DNA of 61,411 nucleotides, from positions 3,068,678-3,130,088 of the forward strand of contig BCIN01000002.1 of the NCBI GenBank assembly GCA_039545335.1, given 5' to 3'. Shown here piece by piece: positions 44,456 to 60,367 of the stretch. The notes beneath the pieces were generated by a model. It did no database searches. It saw only the letters and a program-made list of their open reading frames with translations, and had not been told where the DNA came from. The position numbers were made by a program, and so were the translations under genes. Source of the stretch: Kondoa subrosea (taxonomy: Eukaryota). The first letter of the stretch is position 1; each line of letters starts with the position of its first letter.

Positions 44456-44580
44456 ACGCGCCATCATCTTATTGTCTTGTCTTCCTTCAGATCGAGCCTC
44501 TTTCCCGTCAAAGAGTCGATACTGAGAGTGATACAAATGCCTTGATTCCCCAATATGATGCCTGTCATGGCCTGTACATA

Positions 44581-45915
44581 CTACACTACGCCCTTGTATT
44601 CCTCTTCCACCTTTACAGCTCTATCTGTCGTGATCTCAATCTGATCCACGAAACTGATCCTGCTGACAATCATGGGAGTCGCCCCAGAGGATTGATTAGA
44701 ACGACCGTTCTTATGCTGCAGGGAGCTGCCAGGCAAATCTACGGTGATCACTCGTCTTGGCGCATCTGGATTCTGCGAAGCTTCCCTGAAAGTCAGGTTG
44801 ACCAGTAAAGTGTAGAGATAGCAACTTGGCAACAGGCGAGGAATAAGTTCGTAGGAGCTTCTGAAGCGTAGGTAGATAATTCTGGTGCAAAAAGACCATC
44901 GAGCTTAATAGGTGTGGGAGAGATGAAGGCGAAACTTACGTCGTCAGAATCACAAGTAGTGCTACCAGTCCGTTCGTCCGCACGAGGAGTAGCAGAAGCC
45001 TGTTTGGATTGAAATGACAAGCCTTGATCGGCTACCGTATGAGATGGGTACATACCGCTTCACCAGCCTTTATGCGGCAGAAGCATGAGCTTTGATGTCA
45101 GAAGTACAGGATTATAACCCTACCGTCCTATCTTTGGAGTCTTTCTATCTTGTGAAGTAGTTGTTTGGTGTATTGTCCAAAGCATAGCGCAAACTGTTTG
45201 AGCAGAAAGCTTCATCAGCCCGCTATCAAGCCCTGCCGCGAAAGCTTACCGATTATCACATCAATGGCTACCTGCACCACTATGCCTACTGTGAAGACGT
45301 CCAGCACCCACCTTGGCGGTTGTCCGGGCGGAACGAAACGAAGCATAATGCTATAGACTATACGCTCGAAGAATGAGCCAGCTGGGTACGGACAATCGAC
45401 GAGGCATACCGAGGAATATAACAACGCCGACAAATGCGAGACTTGCAACTATGACTGGCAGCACAAGGCGTCTTCGTGTTAGAAGATAGAGCTAAAGATT
45501 TGTCAGCCAGCCACTCTGTCCGCTTCTCAACTAGGCAACTCACTCTATGGCTGTAATATAATTGCACGACGAAAGCAATAGTCGCTATTGAGCAAAAGCA
45601 GAACATTGCAGCAAGTGAGTAGGAGGCTGAGTACGTCGGATTGCCCAGTAAAGCTTGATGATACCGCGTAATGATGACCGCAGCTACCGAACCGCCATGA
45701 AAAACATTGATGGCAGTAGCTACGACCACAAAGCCTGTCATTGAGGCATCTTAAATACAAGTTCAGCTGGAAAGTCCAATGGAATGACCTTTGAGTATCC
45801 ACGGATCTTGAGGAAACCTCGTCCAATACGACTGAGCTTGATGAAATGTATAGCCCGTCCCAACCAATGCAAAGATGTTGAAAGCGCAATTGGCTATTGT
45901 TATCGGTATATCCAT
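44581..45915 (-). CDS. DUF6534-family multi-pass membrane protein, copy A
   Basis: MDIPITIANCAFNIFALVGTGYTFHQAQSYWTRFPQDPWILK, FVVQLYYSHR, VAIDVII, CYLYTLLVNLTFRE. Resembles the basidiomycete DUF6534 pattern (FP.D...LK; Y..LL..L..R). Confidence 0.72.
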
Positions 45916-46992
45916 CGAGAGTCTGGGCAGTGTATTGTGATATGACAGTATGTGAAGAGCAGCATAGTCATCTGCTCCATAGCAAGTCGCATAGTAAACC
46001 TAAAAGCATCCGGAAATACATACATAACATTGAATCATAACATTGCGCACAACCGCAACAAAAGGAAGGTTTGTAAAGCTAATTCGAGCCACGCCGATCC
46101 CGATCGCGCCCAGCGGGAGACAGTCGGAGACTCTTGTCTGTACTGCTGAGCCTGCACACTTTGTGTAAGAAAATGGGCAGTTCTGTGAACCAACATCACT
46201 CTAATCTTTTCGCACTCCAAAAGGCATTAATACAGCTCAGCACCAAAGCAATCATCGTCAGAAGGGCAGGTGCACGTTATGACGGCAGAGTCGCAAGCAT
46301 GGCAAGCAAGAACCTATTCCAGCAAGTTAAAAGGCTGGACATGATGCGAAATTCAATTCGCAGAAATTGCATTATGTACGACTGAGGAGGTCGCTGAGGG
46401 ATAAGCAGACTTGGAGCAGAAACGAGCAACACATGGACCATGGTTAGACCAACGGAAAGATATGGTTTGAGACAGAGCCTAAGAACGAATATTAGTCAAA
46501 CTCGAATAGCAGCCCCCTGCAATACACGAGTCACAATACTGCCAACTAGTAATACACTCAGGAATGTCTTTGACATATGTGACATATGTCAAAAACATTT
46601 GCAAAAGCTACCATCAGAAGTCCTGAAGCCTGACAGGCGCCGAGGGAATAGAACAGAAGCAAGATGGCCTTCACATGACTGGTTGACAGCGCGGAGAGGA
46701 ACGATAAGGGGGGAACCAAATAAGGCCCTTGTCATTGGTCATGGGAGAGAATGCAATATTGTCGGAGCGAATCTCTTTCGCCTTTGCGCATGCAATTATT
46801 GGACATCGGATGTATTGAAACTCAGCGAGAAATGTCACCACAAAGCTTGGCCTAGTGCTTGCTTGGTACGCGCCATCATCTTATTGTCTCGTCTTCCTTC
46901 AGATCGAGCCTCTTTCCCGAAAACGAGTCGATACTGAGAGTGATACAAATGCCTTGATTCCCCAATATGATGCCTGCCATGGCCTGTACATA

Positions 46993-48325
46993 CTACACTA
47001 CGCCCTTGTATTCCTCTTCCACCTTTACAGCTCTATCTGTCGTGATCTCAATCTGATCCGCGAAACTGATCCTGCTGACAATCATCGGAGCGGCACCAAA
47101 AGACCGATTAGTGCGACCATTCTTATGTTGCATTGAGCTACTAGGCAATTCCACCGTGATCACTTGATTTGGCGCATCTGGATTCTGCGAAGCTTCTCTA
47201 AAAGTTAGATTGACCAACAAGGTGTAGAGATAGCAGCTCGGTATTAGGCGAGGAAGAAGTTCGTAGGAACTGCTGAAGCGTAAATTGACAATTCTGGTGC
47301 AGAAGAACAATCGAGCTCGATAGGTGTACTAGAAATCTAACCATAACTTACGTCGTCAGAATCACGAGTAGTGCTACCAGTCCATTTGTCCGCACAAGGA
47401 GTAGCAGAACCCTATTTGTATTGGATCGGTGAGCCTTAGATCAGCTCCGGTAGGAGATGGGTTCATACCGTTTCACCAGCCTGTACGTGACAAAACATTA
47501 GCTTTCATGTCAAGAGTAACGAATTATAATGCTTACCGTCCTATCTTTGGAGTCTTCCTATCTTGTGAAGTAGTTGTCCGATGTATCGTCCAAAGCATTG
47601 CACACACTATTTGGGCAGAAAGGTTGACCTAACATCCCGCTTTCAAAGACCATGCGTACCTATGATGACGTCTATCATAATTTCCGCAGTAACACCCACT
47701 GTGAAGACATCCAGCACCCAGGAAGGCGGTTCTCCGGAAGGAAGGAATCGAAGCATGATACTATAGGCTATATGCTCCAAGTATGAGCGAGCTGGCTAGC
47801 GACAATCGAGGAGGCATACCTAGCAATATAGCAGCGCCACTAAATGCGAGACTTGCTACTATGATTGGCAGTACAAGGCGTCTTCTTGTGAGAAGATAGA
47901 GCTGAATATTCGTCAATCAGTTACTTTATCCGCTTTCCAGCAAGGAGACCCACTCTATAGCTGTAATACAGTTGCACAACAAAAGAAATAGTCGCTATCG
48001 AGCAAAAACAAAACATTGCAGCAATTGAGTAGTAAGCTGAGTAGGCTGGATTGCCCAGTAAGGCTTGATGATACCGCGTGACGACCACCGCCGCTACCGA
48101 ACCGCCATGAAAAACATTGATAGCAGTAGCTACGACCACAAAGCCTGTCATTGAGGCATCTTAAATACAAGTTCAGCTGGAAAGTCCAATGGAATGACCT
48201 TTGAGTATCCACGGATCTTGAGGAAACCTCGTCCAATACGACTGAGCTTGATGAAATGTATAGCCCGTCCCAACCAAAGCAAAGATGTTAAAAGCGCAAT
48301 TGGCAACCGCTATCGGGGTATCCAT
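46993..48325 (-). CDS. DUF6534-family multi-pass membrane protein, copy B
   Basis: MDTPIAVANCAFNIFALVGTG.... Same exon structure as copy A and same C-terminus DRAVKVEEEYKGVV*. Confidence 0.72.
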
Positions 48326-49652
48326 TGAAACTCTGGGCAGAGTATTGCAGCGCTTGTCGATGTGATATAGCAGTATGTGAAGAGCCGCATAATTATCTCC
48401 TTCATGGCAAATCGCATAAGCAACCTAAAAGCGGCGGTCGGGATCCGAAACAATTCACAACCGTATCAAAAGGAAGGTTTATTGAGCCGCGCCGTTATCG
48501 CTCACGCGGCTAAACGAAGCCTCTCGTCTGCTGACTGTCCCTCACGCATCAGAACGGACGCTTCTGCAAATCAAGTTCATCAACATGGACTCGCAAATAA
48601 ACGGCAAAGCAATGATGCAATGCAGCCTCGAAGCGATCTTCACAAAAACGTTATGCGTATTACGTGGCAGCAGAGGATGCACGAAGCACGAGGACGGGCA
48701 ACAGAACATACCAACAAGCTGGAAGAGGCCGAGTGTGCAGAACTCAAAGACAGTCGAATCATGTAGCACAGAGAGGCTTGCTGAAGGGCAAGAAGAGTCA
48801 GGCCATTAAACAAGCACAGATGGAGGAAGACGGTGTAGCGCGCAAGATATGGTCAAAGATATGGTTTCCGATCAAGAGCCAATTACATTAGTCAGCACTT
48901 AAGTTCCCAATATATAGCAGCCTAGCTACACTACCCCGAGTCGCAATACTGCTAATATTATTACCTAATAGTGATTAATCCAGAAGTGTCCTTTGCGGTT
49001 GCGACAAGCTGCTGGTACAAGTCTGAAGCCTGATTACCGCCGAAGGTGAGGAACATAAAAGAAGCAAGATGAACTTCACATGAATTGACTGGCAGCGCGA
49101 TGAGGATCCATACCGGACAAAACAAGTAAGGCACTCGTCATTGTTCATGAGAGTGAATGCAATATCTTGTGAGTGAATCCCTTTCACCTTCGCGCATGCA
49201 ATTCTTCGCCGGATGTTCTGAAACCGAGCGAGATTGATAGAAGTAGGAGAGATGTCACCCCACAGCTTGACTTAGTGCTTGCCATGCATTCCGGCGACTA
49301 CAGCCATCATGAGGAATGCTGACATTGACACGCGTATTGTTGCAATGTTGCAAGCAGCGTGAGAAGGAGGAAAATATAAGTAGCACAGTTCTACAGTCAG
49401 GAACCGGACTGTCAGATCGCCGACAGAGTATGAAAGCAGGTCAGACAGAAAATCCCTGCGTCGCTTGAACAAGCTGAACAAACCCTATAGGACAGGCATA
49501 AAGGACATAGTAGACCAAGCAGTGATTTTGCGCATGCGCAAGAAGGGGCGAGCAGAAAAAGGACACAAAGCTGCGCCGCTGGCGTTCGACATGTCACAAG
49601 GCTTAATCGTGCAATGGCAAAAAGCGATAGCTAGCAATGCATACGCTCCGTT

Positions 49653-51995
<2,343 letters not shown>

Positions 51996-52279
51996 TTTCG
52001 TTCTTTGTACTGTCGCAAATCAGTGAGATGCGTGTCTTAATAGTGATCCGCACAAACAAACCTTTCAATAAGTAACAGATGCTCGGCAACAAGCGGCGGA
52101 AAATGTTGGCAGTATGCTGGTGTTCGGTCGGCAAAACAAATGAGCAGACTAAGCGAACAGGTAAGGACAAAACATTGACACTAGTAGACAAGACTGTAAG
52201 AAGACAGCTGATTACTGTAAATGCCGGCTTCTTCCAATCCTAAGTATAACAAATCTACAATTACAATATCCCCCAATCA

Positions 52280-55200
52280 CTACTGCCTATAATACGTATT
52301 AGGTGGTTGCTGTCCGTTGTTGAGCTGCGGTATGGATCGTAGCAGCGCTTGTGCATTAGCGAAAGCTGTATTGCCATTTTGTTGCTGTTGATGAGCAGTA
52401 GGCTGCTGCCATGCTTGAGGCTGAGGAGGTGGTCTATAGCTTCCATACCCACCATACGAAGATGTCGCAGGTGCTTGTTGAGGCGGTTGAGCATATTGCA
52501 TTGGAGGAGGATTCGAATAGCTGCCGTAACTTGGCTGTTGAGGGTAGGCATTCGCTTGAGGATATTGCGCCGGCGGCCTGTAGCCTGCGCTATAGCCGCC
52601 TGCATATCCACCCGCTGCTCCGTATGGCTGAGATTGTGGCACGATGGGAACAGGTGGAACGAAAGGTCGCTGTGAACCGTTGTTGTACTGCTGCATAGGA
52701 GGCGCTCCATAGCCGTGGTTCGGAGGAGTAGGATAGCGAGGAGGAGGTTGCTGACTGTAACCAGAGTAAGGATCATTCATGTTGTTTCTTGGAGGTCCTG
52801 AATTGTTGTTGAAACCGCCTCGACCGGGCCTTCTCACACCGACGCCGTCAATATCTCGACGGTTGGCGTGGAAGTTGCCATTCTGATTCTGCTGCCTTCG
52901 ATCCGGTACACCTCCTCGCTTGACTGTATCCTTATCGTACGGATCAAGAATGCCCTTTTGAACATTCGCACCTGGCAGCAAGACGCTACGATGCGGTCTG
53001 GTTTGATTTGGGAAAAAGTAGAACGAAGCGATAGAGCGATCGTTGTCGATGTCACCTTGACCAGGCAAGTCGAGAGGAGAGAAATAGGTTGCACCGGGTA
53101 CAGATTCTGGATCTGGCATAAGAGCACCGAACATGCCCTTGGAGTAGCTAGGATTGATGACCAGAGGCTATGGAACATTTAGCATCAAGCAATACTATCG
53201 CGAAGACAAGCTGACCTCTTTTGGTGCCTTGCCATATAAGCCATTGATTGTAGGCCATAACGGATTGTCTTCATGCACAAAGATCGCATCATTACCACGA
53301 GTATTCCTCCGCTTCTCATCATCCGACAACTGATCTTGTCTTGGATCCAAAGCATCCAGTAATCGCTTTTGTTCGATGAAAGGGAGCAAAGCTACACCTT
53401 GCCAAAGCATCTTCTTGCCGTTCATATCTATGTCGAAGTTTTCCGGGTAGAAATCGATGATTGGTGAATCTTCATCGATCATAAGGCCTTGAAAAGGTTT
53501 TGGAATGTGCTGCCGACTATCGAGCGGTATACACATTTTAGCACATGCCTAGATGAAGTGTCGATTGGGACTAACCTTGCAGCAGGAAAAACACCCATAA
53601 GCTGATCATACGGCCTGAAAGGTTGACCGAGTTCGAATTTGATATCGAATTCCGATAACTCGGTGAAGTCTGATGCGAAAGGTGCGTAATGATAGGGGTA
53701 GAACCATTGCCACGACGGACAGCCTTGGTAGTAGTAAGCTAGAACCCAACAAAGACCTTCCATGTAAGCTTCAACGACCCTTTGCAGTCAACATCAGCAC
53801 GGCTTTCGCGATCAATCATATTGAAGGACGTACTTCCGCCTGAATTCTGTGTCCGACAGCTCTACGCCAAATTTCTGTCTATAGTATCGTTCTTTATAGC
53901 CAGGCTCATATAGTCTGGACAAATACCATGAGCTCAAGATGCAGCGATCCATTCGAGACTCACTTGACTGTATCTTCCTGCTCTACCATATTATCACCCA
54001 TCATCTTCAATGGCTTAGGCACAGCTGGTTCAAGAGCAGCTGAAATCAGAACAGAAGGACCTTCGATATCGTCATCATCCTCATCATCGTCTTCTTGCTC
54101 TGCATCTTGAGCAGGCTTCTCAAGCAAAGGTGTTGATGCATCTGCTCGATCTGGTATATCCGCTTCATCTGCTTTCCTCTTCACACCTCGAGAAACATCA
54201 GAAGACATTGAAGTATCTTCCGTCGCAGCTTCCTCTGGTGCAGGACTAGGTGAAGCAAAGACTTCTCCACGAAGTTCAGCTTTTAGTCGTTCTGCCGCGG
54301 ACATGTTTTCCGCTTTCACTTTGACTTCATCGATTTTGAGAGGAGCAGTAGGTCCAGTTTGAGCTAAGAAACCAGCCGGTTTTGGTGGTAAGAAAGAAGG
54401 TTTGCCAGGTAGATTGTTTGAAGTGTTTTCAGTAGCGGAAGAAGCGACTTGGCGGAAAGCTGAAGTAGCCATTGTACTGCTGATACCGGTTTCTTCGGCT
54501 TGGCGATCAGCTTCGATTTTGCGTCGCTTTTCGCCTTTATCTTGTCTTTCCTCGGCTATAATAGTATTAGCCTGTTATATGACTCTCATGGTAAGGAAGA
54601 ATGCAAACCTTCTCGTCGTTTTCGAAAGATCTCATCCTCTCTAGCAGCAAGACCATCCAGAATAAATTGAGCTCTTTCAAGCCTGACTTTCCCATGTTCA
54701 GTCATATAACCACCCATATTCGGCAACTCCTTCTTCCAGATTTCCAATAGTACATCAATAGCGCCTTCTCGAATTTCCAAAGAAGGTAAATGAGGTAAGA
54801 AATCGTTGCCAACAAAGAAAATGAGGAAAACCCAATCGTCAATCGATCGTTCGAAATCGAATTCAATACCGCCGACATTGAGTTCTACTTCTAGATATTC
54901 TCGTAGAACACCAACATCGAGGAAGATGAAAGGCTTTCGAACTGGATTATCTGCAGCATTGGCTTCCGCGGCTTTTTTGATCGCAGATGGTGTTGCTGTA
55001 CAAGAAGAGGAATGATGACCTGGGATGCCGCACTTGTGACAACCGCGCGGTTTGGCTGCTTGCAAGAATACATCTTCACGAAGAACTTTGAAGTGAGGTT
55101 CATGAGTGGCGAGCGAAAGCATAATCAAATCTGCATCCTGTTGAAGGAATGAATAACCGAGACTGTGATTACCTGAAGGAGACTTACGAGACCATAAATG

Positions 55201-56044
55201 ACATGCTTCGTATTAGGATTGTAGTTTGGCTGCACTCTTTGTTTGCGAATGAAGTCCATTATCTTATGTTCTCCTTCACCCGGTACTGAAGCATCGGAAA
55301 TAATAACAGTGAGCTGTTCGTCATCAGCCCTTCGTATAAGCACTGGACCATGCAAGACAGATGAGCGACGAACCCCTTGCCATCCTGGAGCAGTGTTCAT
55401 CTTCTTTGCTACCCAATAACGCAAACAAGAAGCGAGCAAATCCATAAAAGGTGTTCCAGGAGTAATAGCATTTGAATCCCAAGCTTTCTTTCCATTGAGC
55501 ATCTCTTCATTGACCGTTCTTCCTAGCAGGCGCCATTCCTCAATCGCTTCCAATCTAGCTTCTTCTTTCTCTTGAGCTTCCCGAGCAGCCCTGAAACGTC
55601 TAGATCGTTGCTGGTTCATCTTTGCACGAGGAGCGACACCATCGATGGCCATGAAGAGGAGTTTTCGTGGTTTGACCATGTTCACTACTCGTTCAGTATA
55701 ATTGAAGATCTCAATCATCATTTCTTGCTCGGTTTTCGGTGCAGGTTTTCCCTCGGGATGCGTGCAGGGGTGTACTATCCCATTCATATCAAGATATAAG
55801 CTGATTACGTAATCACATTGAGCATAAACATGTAGGAATTGGTGCGACACAGACTTACGCATCGAATTCCTGGCCATTCAAATTTTTGTGTCCCATGTTC
55901 GTTTTGTCTTCATCATCTTCGATGACAGAAGCGACGATCTTTGGATACTTGCGACTTAGCCATCGGAAGAGTGCTGGTCTGCATAACAAGTAAGATTTGA
56001 TCCAACCCGTTGCGTACATAATGATGCAAGACTTACACTCCCAT
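52280..56044 (-). CDS. RAT1: Nuclear 5'-3' exoribonuclease 2 (Rat1/Dhp1/Xrn2)
   Basis: [77 protein letters not shown], zinc knuckle [33 protein letters not shown]. Confidence 0.96.
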
Positions 56045-56453
56045 ATTAGATTACGATAAGAGTTTTAAAGCGTCTAGAAGTAATAGATAGAACAATGTAC
56101 AGCTGTAGAAGGCCGCTAAGACCAGGCTATGATGCAAAGTTGAAAAACGAAGTCTTGTTGAGAAATTTACGAAGCAGCGGCTATAATCCAATGCGAGTTC
56201 GCTTCTTAAGGTATCACCACACAAGTCCTTTGATATCTGCACACTTTGGGGTAACTTAGATTCAGCTGGTTTGGGAGCAAGCTTGACTTTCTTTCAAACC
56301 AAATCGAAGTTCTTGAAGCCACTACTTTATCCCGTCTTCTTCAGGCTCTATACCTCACTTGCGCGTCTCTTGACTGTGACAGTGCGCCGCGCTGGAAAGC
56401 GGAAGCATTCTACACTTGTTCTACACGCGAGTCAAATTCCATTGTCTCACGAT

Positions 56454-57569
56454 ATGGCCAATTCGAAGTTTTCCTAGTGCGCTGTCACTCTATCGTTCTT
56501 AATTTTATCGTCTCATATGAAATCTCTCAGTGTTCGAAACTTCGAATTATCTGATGTCCTGCTACCGAACACCTACCTTGTCGTTCGACTAGATGGCAAA
56601 GGGTTTCATCGATTCTCGGAAAAGCATCACTTTAAGAAACCCAACGATCGTCGAGCTTTAGACCTCATGAACACAGCAGCAAGATTACTTATGGAGAAAA
56701 CCGAGTTTGGGAAATCAATCTTTTTAGCTTTCGGTGAATCGGATGAATACAGTTTCTGTTTCGATAAACGTTGCAGCGTCTTTAATAGAAGAGAAGGGTG
56801 GGGCTTTCTTGTTACTTTGATTGTGAATTGTATGTTGATTTTGTGTTTATGCAATAGCAAAATATTGTCAACCTGTGTTTCGCTCTTCACTTCTTTCTAT
56901 GTTCGAAATTGGTCTTCGTATTTCCCTGATGATCCTCTTGATCCCTCGGACGATAGTCCGTCCTTTGATGGAAGGTTGGTCCCATCAGATTCTCTTGTCT
57001 TGCCTGTCTCATCTTTGCCGCAGAGTGGTAGTATATCCTTCATGGAATGAGATCGTAGATTACTTCAAATGGAGACAAGTAGACAGTAAGTTGTATGCCT
57101 TTGCTGCATGAGAAATTTGGCTTATTGATTCCTCAGCCCATATCAATAATTTATACAATACCTGCTTTTGGGCGCTGGTTCAACAAGGGAATATGACAAC
57201 AGCAGAAGCTCATGCTGAGTTGAAAGTGTGTACAAGCAGGCTAGTCAAGGTGATACTAACGAAGTATGCAGGGCACGCTTTCAGCTCAGAAGAATGAAAT
57301 ACTCTTCTCTCGCTTTCAGATCAATTATAATCAGATAGACGAACTAGAAAGGAGGGGAAGTATATACAGGCGGCAAATCGAAGCTCCTTCAGAAACAAGT
57401 ACAGATCAAGCAAGTTTTCTACAATCTCTTCTCCAAACATCTTATGCTGAAATAGAGCTCTGCTGTACAGAAGAAGAAGAAACAACCACCCTCTACAACA
57501 GTTCTATTGCACGAAGATATGCTAAAAGAAGTTTTCTGGACTTCACCTCATTTCATTCCATACCAATGA
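56454..57569 (+). CDS. THG1: tRNA(His) guanylyltransferase
   Basis: MANSKFSY|VRNFE..LLPNTYLVVRLDGKGFHRFS..HHFKKPNDRRALDLMN, GESDEYSF, PSFDGR, DYFKWRQVD|HINNLYNTCFW, LLHEDMLKEVFW. The last intron is probably GC-AG (57410-57470). Confidence 0.96.
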
Positions 57570-57577
57570 CATGAACA

Positions 57578-60147
57578 TCACCCAGCCAAAGATTTCCTCT
57601 GCAAATTCCTTCGAGCTCTTCTTTTAGCCGCACCAGCTCCTTCGCCCATTTCTAAAGTCAAGTAACTTACTTCTTCCCAGTCCAACCCGCATACGCCATC
57701 CGCTTCTCGACCGGAATCGATCTGTCTCTTGTCCAGCATACCAACTACTGGTAATTCGATTTCAGATTTGACGAGAATGATAGGGCGATTAAGTAATTCT
57801 AGAGGGATAGGGGTGAGAAGATGGAAAGAAGTAGCAGCTGGATCGATGGAGCGTATAAGGGCATAACCAATACAATGTGATTCTGAAGGCCGAGGTAGAG
57901 GCGCGAAAGGATCATAAGGGAAACCAGGTTGTCTTTCTTGTTCGGTATCAGATGTAAGGACAGCTACTAATGAACCGTTCAAGGCATAAGGAGCGTGTTC
58001 GTAAGCTACTTCTTCGGGGAAAATGTGGATGCTTTGTAGAGCTGAAGAAGTCCAATCTAACGCTAGAGGAAGTTTGCTGACTAGCGGAACATTGAAATCC
58101 CATGATCTTGTAGCTGGCTTTGAATACATGTAGCTCATCATCATGAGCGTTCTAGCATCAGCCGCTGTGATCTTGGAACTGCTTAGCACTTCGCTGATTG
58201 GTTCCAAGTGGTGAACTATTGGTTCGCTGGCATCGTCCAATTCGTAGGTGATAGCGGCATCGCCCATTTGCAAAATTACTGTAGGTTGAACGATGCGGTA
58301 AATCGAAAGCAAAAGATCGGCTCCGAGACCTGTTGCCCAGCCGTGAGTATTGACTACCAGAGGAATGATATCCGATCGTCTGACATCGGTTGCAGAGTCT
58401 TCTTCCGCCGGGTTCATCATTTTCTCCTGATAGTGAGAAAACAGATCTGCAATTGCACTTGTATACTGCTCTGGGTCAATAGCTGGTGAAGTTGAGCCAA
58501 TAAAGTGAGCTCGCGTAGGTGTTTTAGGATGGCAGATAGCTGGGCCAATGACGGGCTCAGAAAGAAGATGTAGGGAGACTTGGCCGCTAGGGGTGAATTC
58601 ACTCTGGCCAAGATCGCAGTCTAGCCAGGCCACTTGCTTGTACCTGTGTGAATGATAAGCATGCAATCCTCGAATGCATCGAGACGTCCACTAACGTAGC
58701 TAGTAGCCTATTGACTGCCATTTTCGCCAAAGTACTTTTGCCGGACTTCTTTGGGCCTCCAATAAAGCACACAAGACGACCGTCTTTCTCCTGGCCCAAG
58801 TTACGCAAAGCTTTTTCTTTTTGTTGACTTAGCAGCAGCCTTTTCATTCCTCTTGGCCCATAATCCAACAGCTGTGAATGCGATACAAGTTGAAAGCCAG
58901 TGCCATTACTTGCTGGTTCAGCTGAGGCGAGAGGAAAGAGTTGACCACTGCGTCCGAGCATACCAGATAATCGAGCTAGAGGAGCCATATCCTGTATGCC
59001 TGTTTGCAGCGGGTCGAGCAGAATGACAGCGCTGGAAGTAGGGATTGATGTACTTGATAGATCGAGATCTTGGAATAGCGATGAGAAAGATGTCGAATCA
59101 GGTGTTTCTGATTCAACAGGTGATATTGCAGGTAGAGGGTGACTTGATGGTGCATAAATAGGCACAGATGAGGAAGCGGACGTAAGGACGGATCCAGCGA
59201 CAGCAATTCGTCCTTTCAGCACTCTGAGTGTACAGCAGCCAGAAATTGTCATAGACTGCATCAAAATGTGAGCTGATTCTGGTAAAGTGTAGAAAACCGA
59301 CTTCTGTATTTCCTATTCCTAAGAGAAGCGATACACCTCCTTCTCCCTCTATCCGCATGACATTGCTTCCCAATTTCGCTGCAAAGGAAGGCTCAGGCGG
59401 CTCTATTTCGCGCTGGATCGTTGCATCCTCGACTGAGTCTATTGTCATATTTGCTGTCACATCTCCTGCTGGCTCGTCTAACGTAGCTTCAACAGTTTCG
59501 AGGTTGATTTCCTCCATCAGGACGTCCTGTGAGTTGTCTGGAAGGGAAGATTTCCCGCGCCGCGAGCTGGACCCTTGCATACGATCTGACACTGCTCCAT
59601 CAATGACTTCAGCCGGCGAAACATGACAGTTTGGCTCGGAGATAATTTCTAGTTCTTGACTGCTTTCATCTTCCGCTTGATTGGGTACATCAGTCTCGGT
59701 GCCAGCCTGGGACACTGGTTCTATCTGTTCAGTGGCTGGTAATTCGTCGGTTTTCCTCCTCTTATTGCGCCTAGGCTTGTCCTCTGATGCTGCAAAATAT
59801 CTATCACTCGCTTTCCCAGACTTTGCATCTTTTGATCCGCTTGAGCTCTTTCTTGGCTTGATTACGAGACTCTCATTCGATTCAGTAGGTGAAGGAGGAA
59901 GCGTCGGAGACTTAAGAGAGCGAGATTCGTAAGGCTTGACTACCAATGCAGTTGGCAAGATTTCAGGTTGCGCTTGTTGCTGCTGGCTTTGTTTCCTAGC
60001 TTGCAAAGCAGACATTTCCGTCTTGACAGGTCTCACATGCAGGACGCTTTGAGATACTTGAGGGACGGAAACATAGAAAGCAGGCGAAGAAGGTGGAACA
60101 GCAGATTTGCGTGTACTGCTGCGCTTGCGCTTGACTGGAGCAGACAT
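57578..60147 (-). CDS. GRC3: Polynucleotide 5'-hydroxyl kinase (Grc3/NOL9)
   Basis: Walker A GPKKSGKSTLAK, WLDCDLGQSEFTPSG, PLVVNTHGWATGLG, CIGYALIRSID..FHLLTPIP. Long disordered N-terminus. Confidence 0.92.
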
Positions 60148-60354
60148 ATCCTCTATCCAAGAAAGGTATGACACAGTCTGGTATATCAAGTACTCGCGGT
60201 TCGGAACAAGAGCTTACTTTTCTGCAATTACAGAGCAAAGTCAAATGCAATCATGGCTTAGATCGGTTACCCGGCGTTTAATCGATTAAGAGGGTTGGCA
60301 CATATTGCGAGCGTGAAGACCATTTTTGTCGTCTGTTTGATGCATGAAGGGCCC

Positions 60355-60365
60355 AAAAAAAAAAA
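60355..60365 (-). terminator. Oligo-dT RNA polymerase III terminator of tRNA-Val
   Basis: T11 begins 2 nt after the discriminator base on the minus strand. Confidence 0.85.
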
Positions 60366-60367
60366 TG

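Larger units (their letters stand above)
44451..49281. repeat. Tandem duplication of a ~2.41-kb unit (44451-46862 and 46863-49281), each carrying a DUF6534 gene
   Basis: Both units start TTGGTACGCGCCATCATCTTATTGTC and end ...TAGTGCTTGC. Offset is about 2410 bp where checked in the coding region. Confidence 0.9.
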
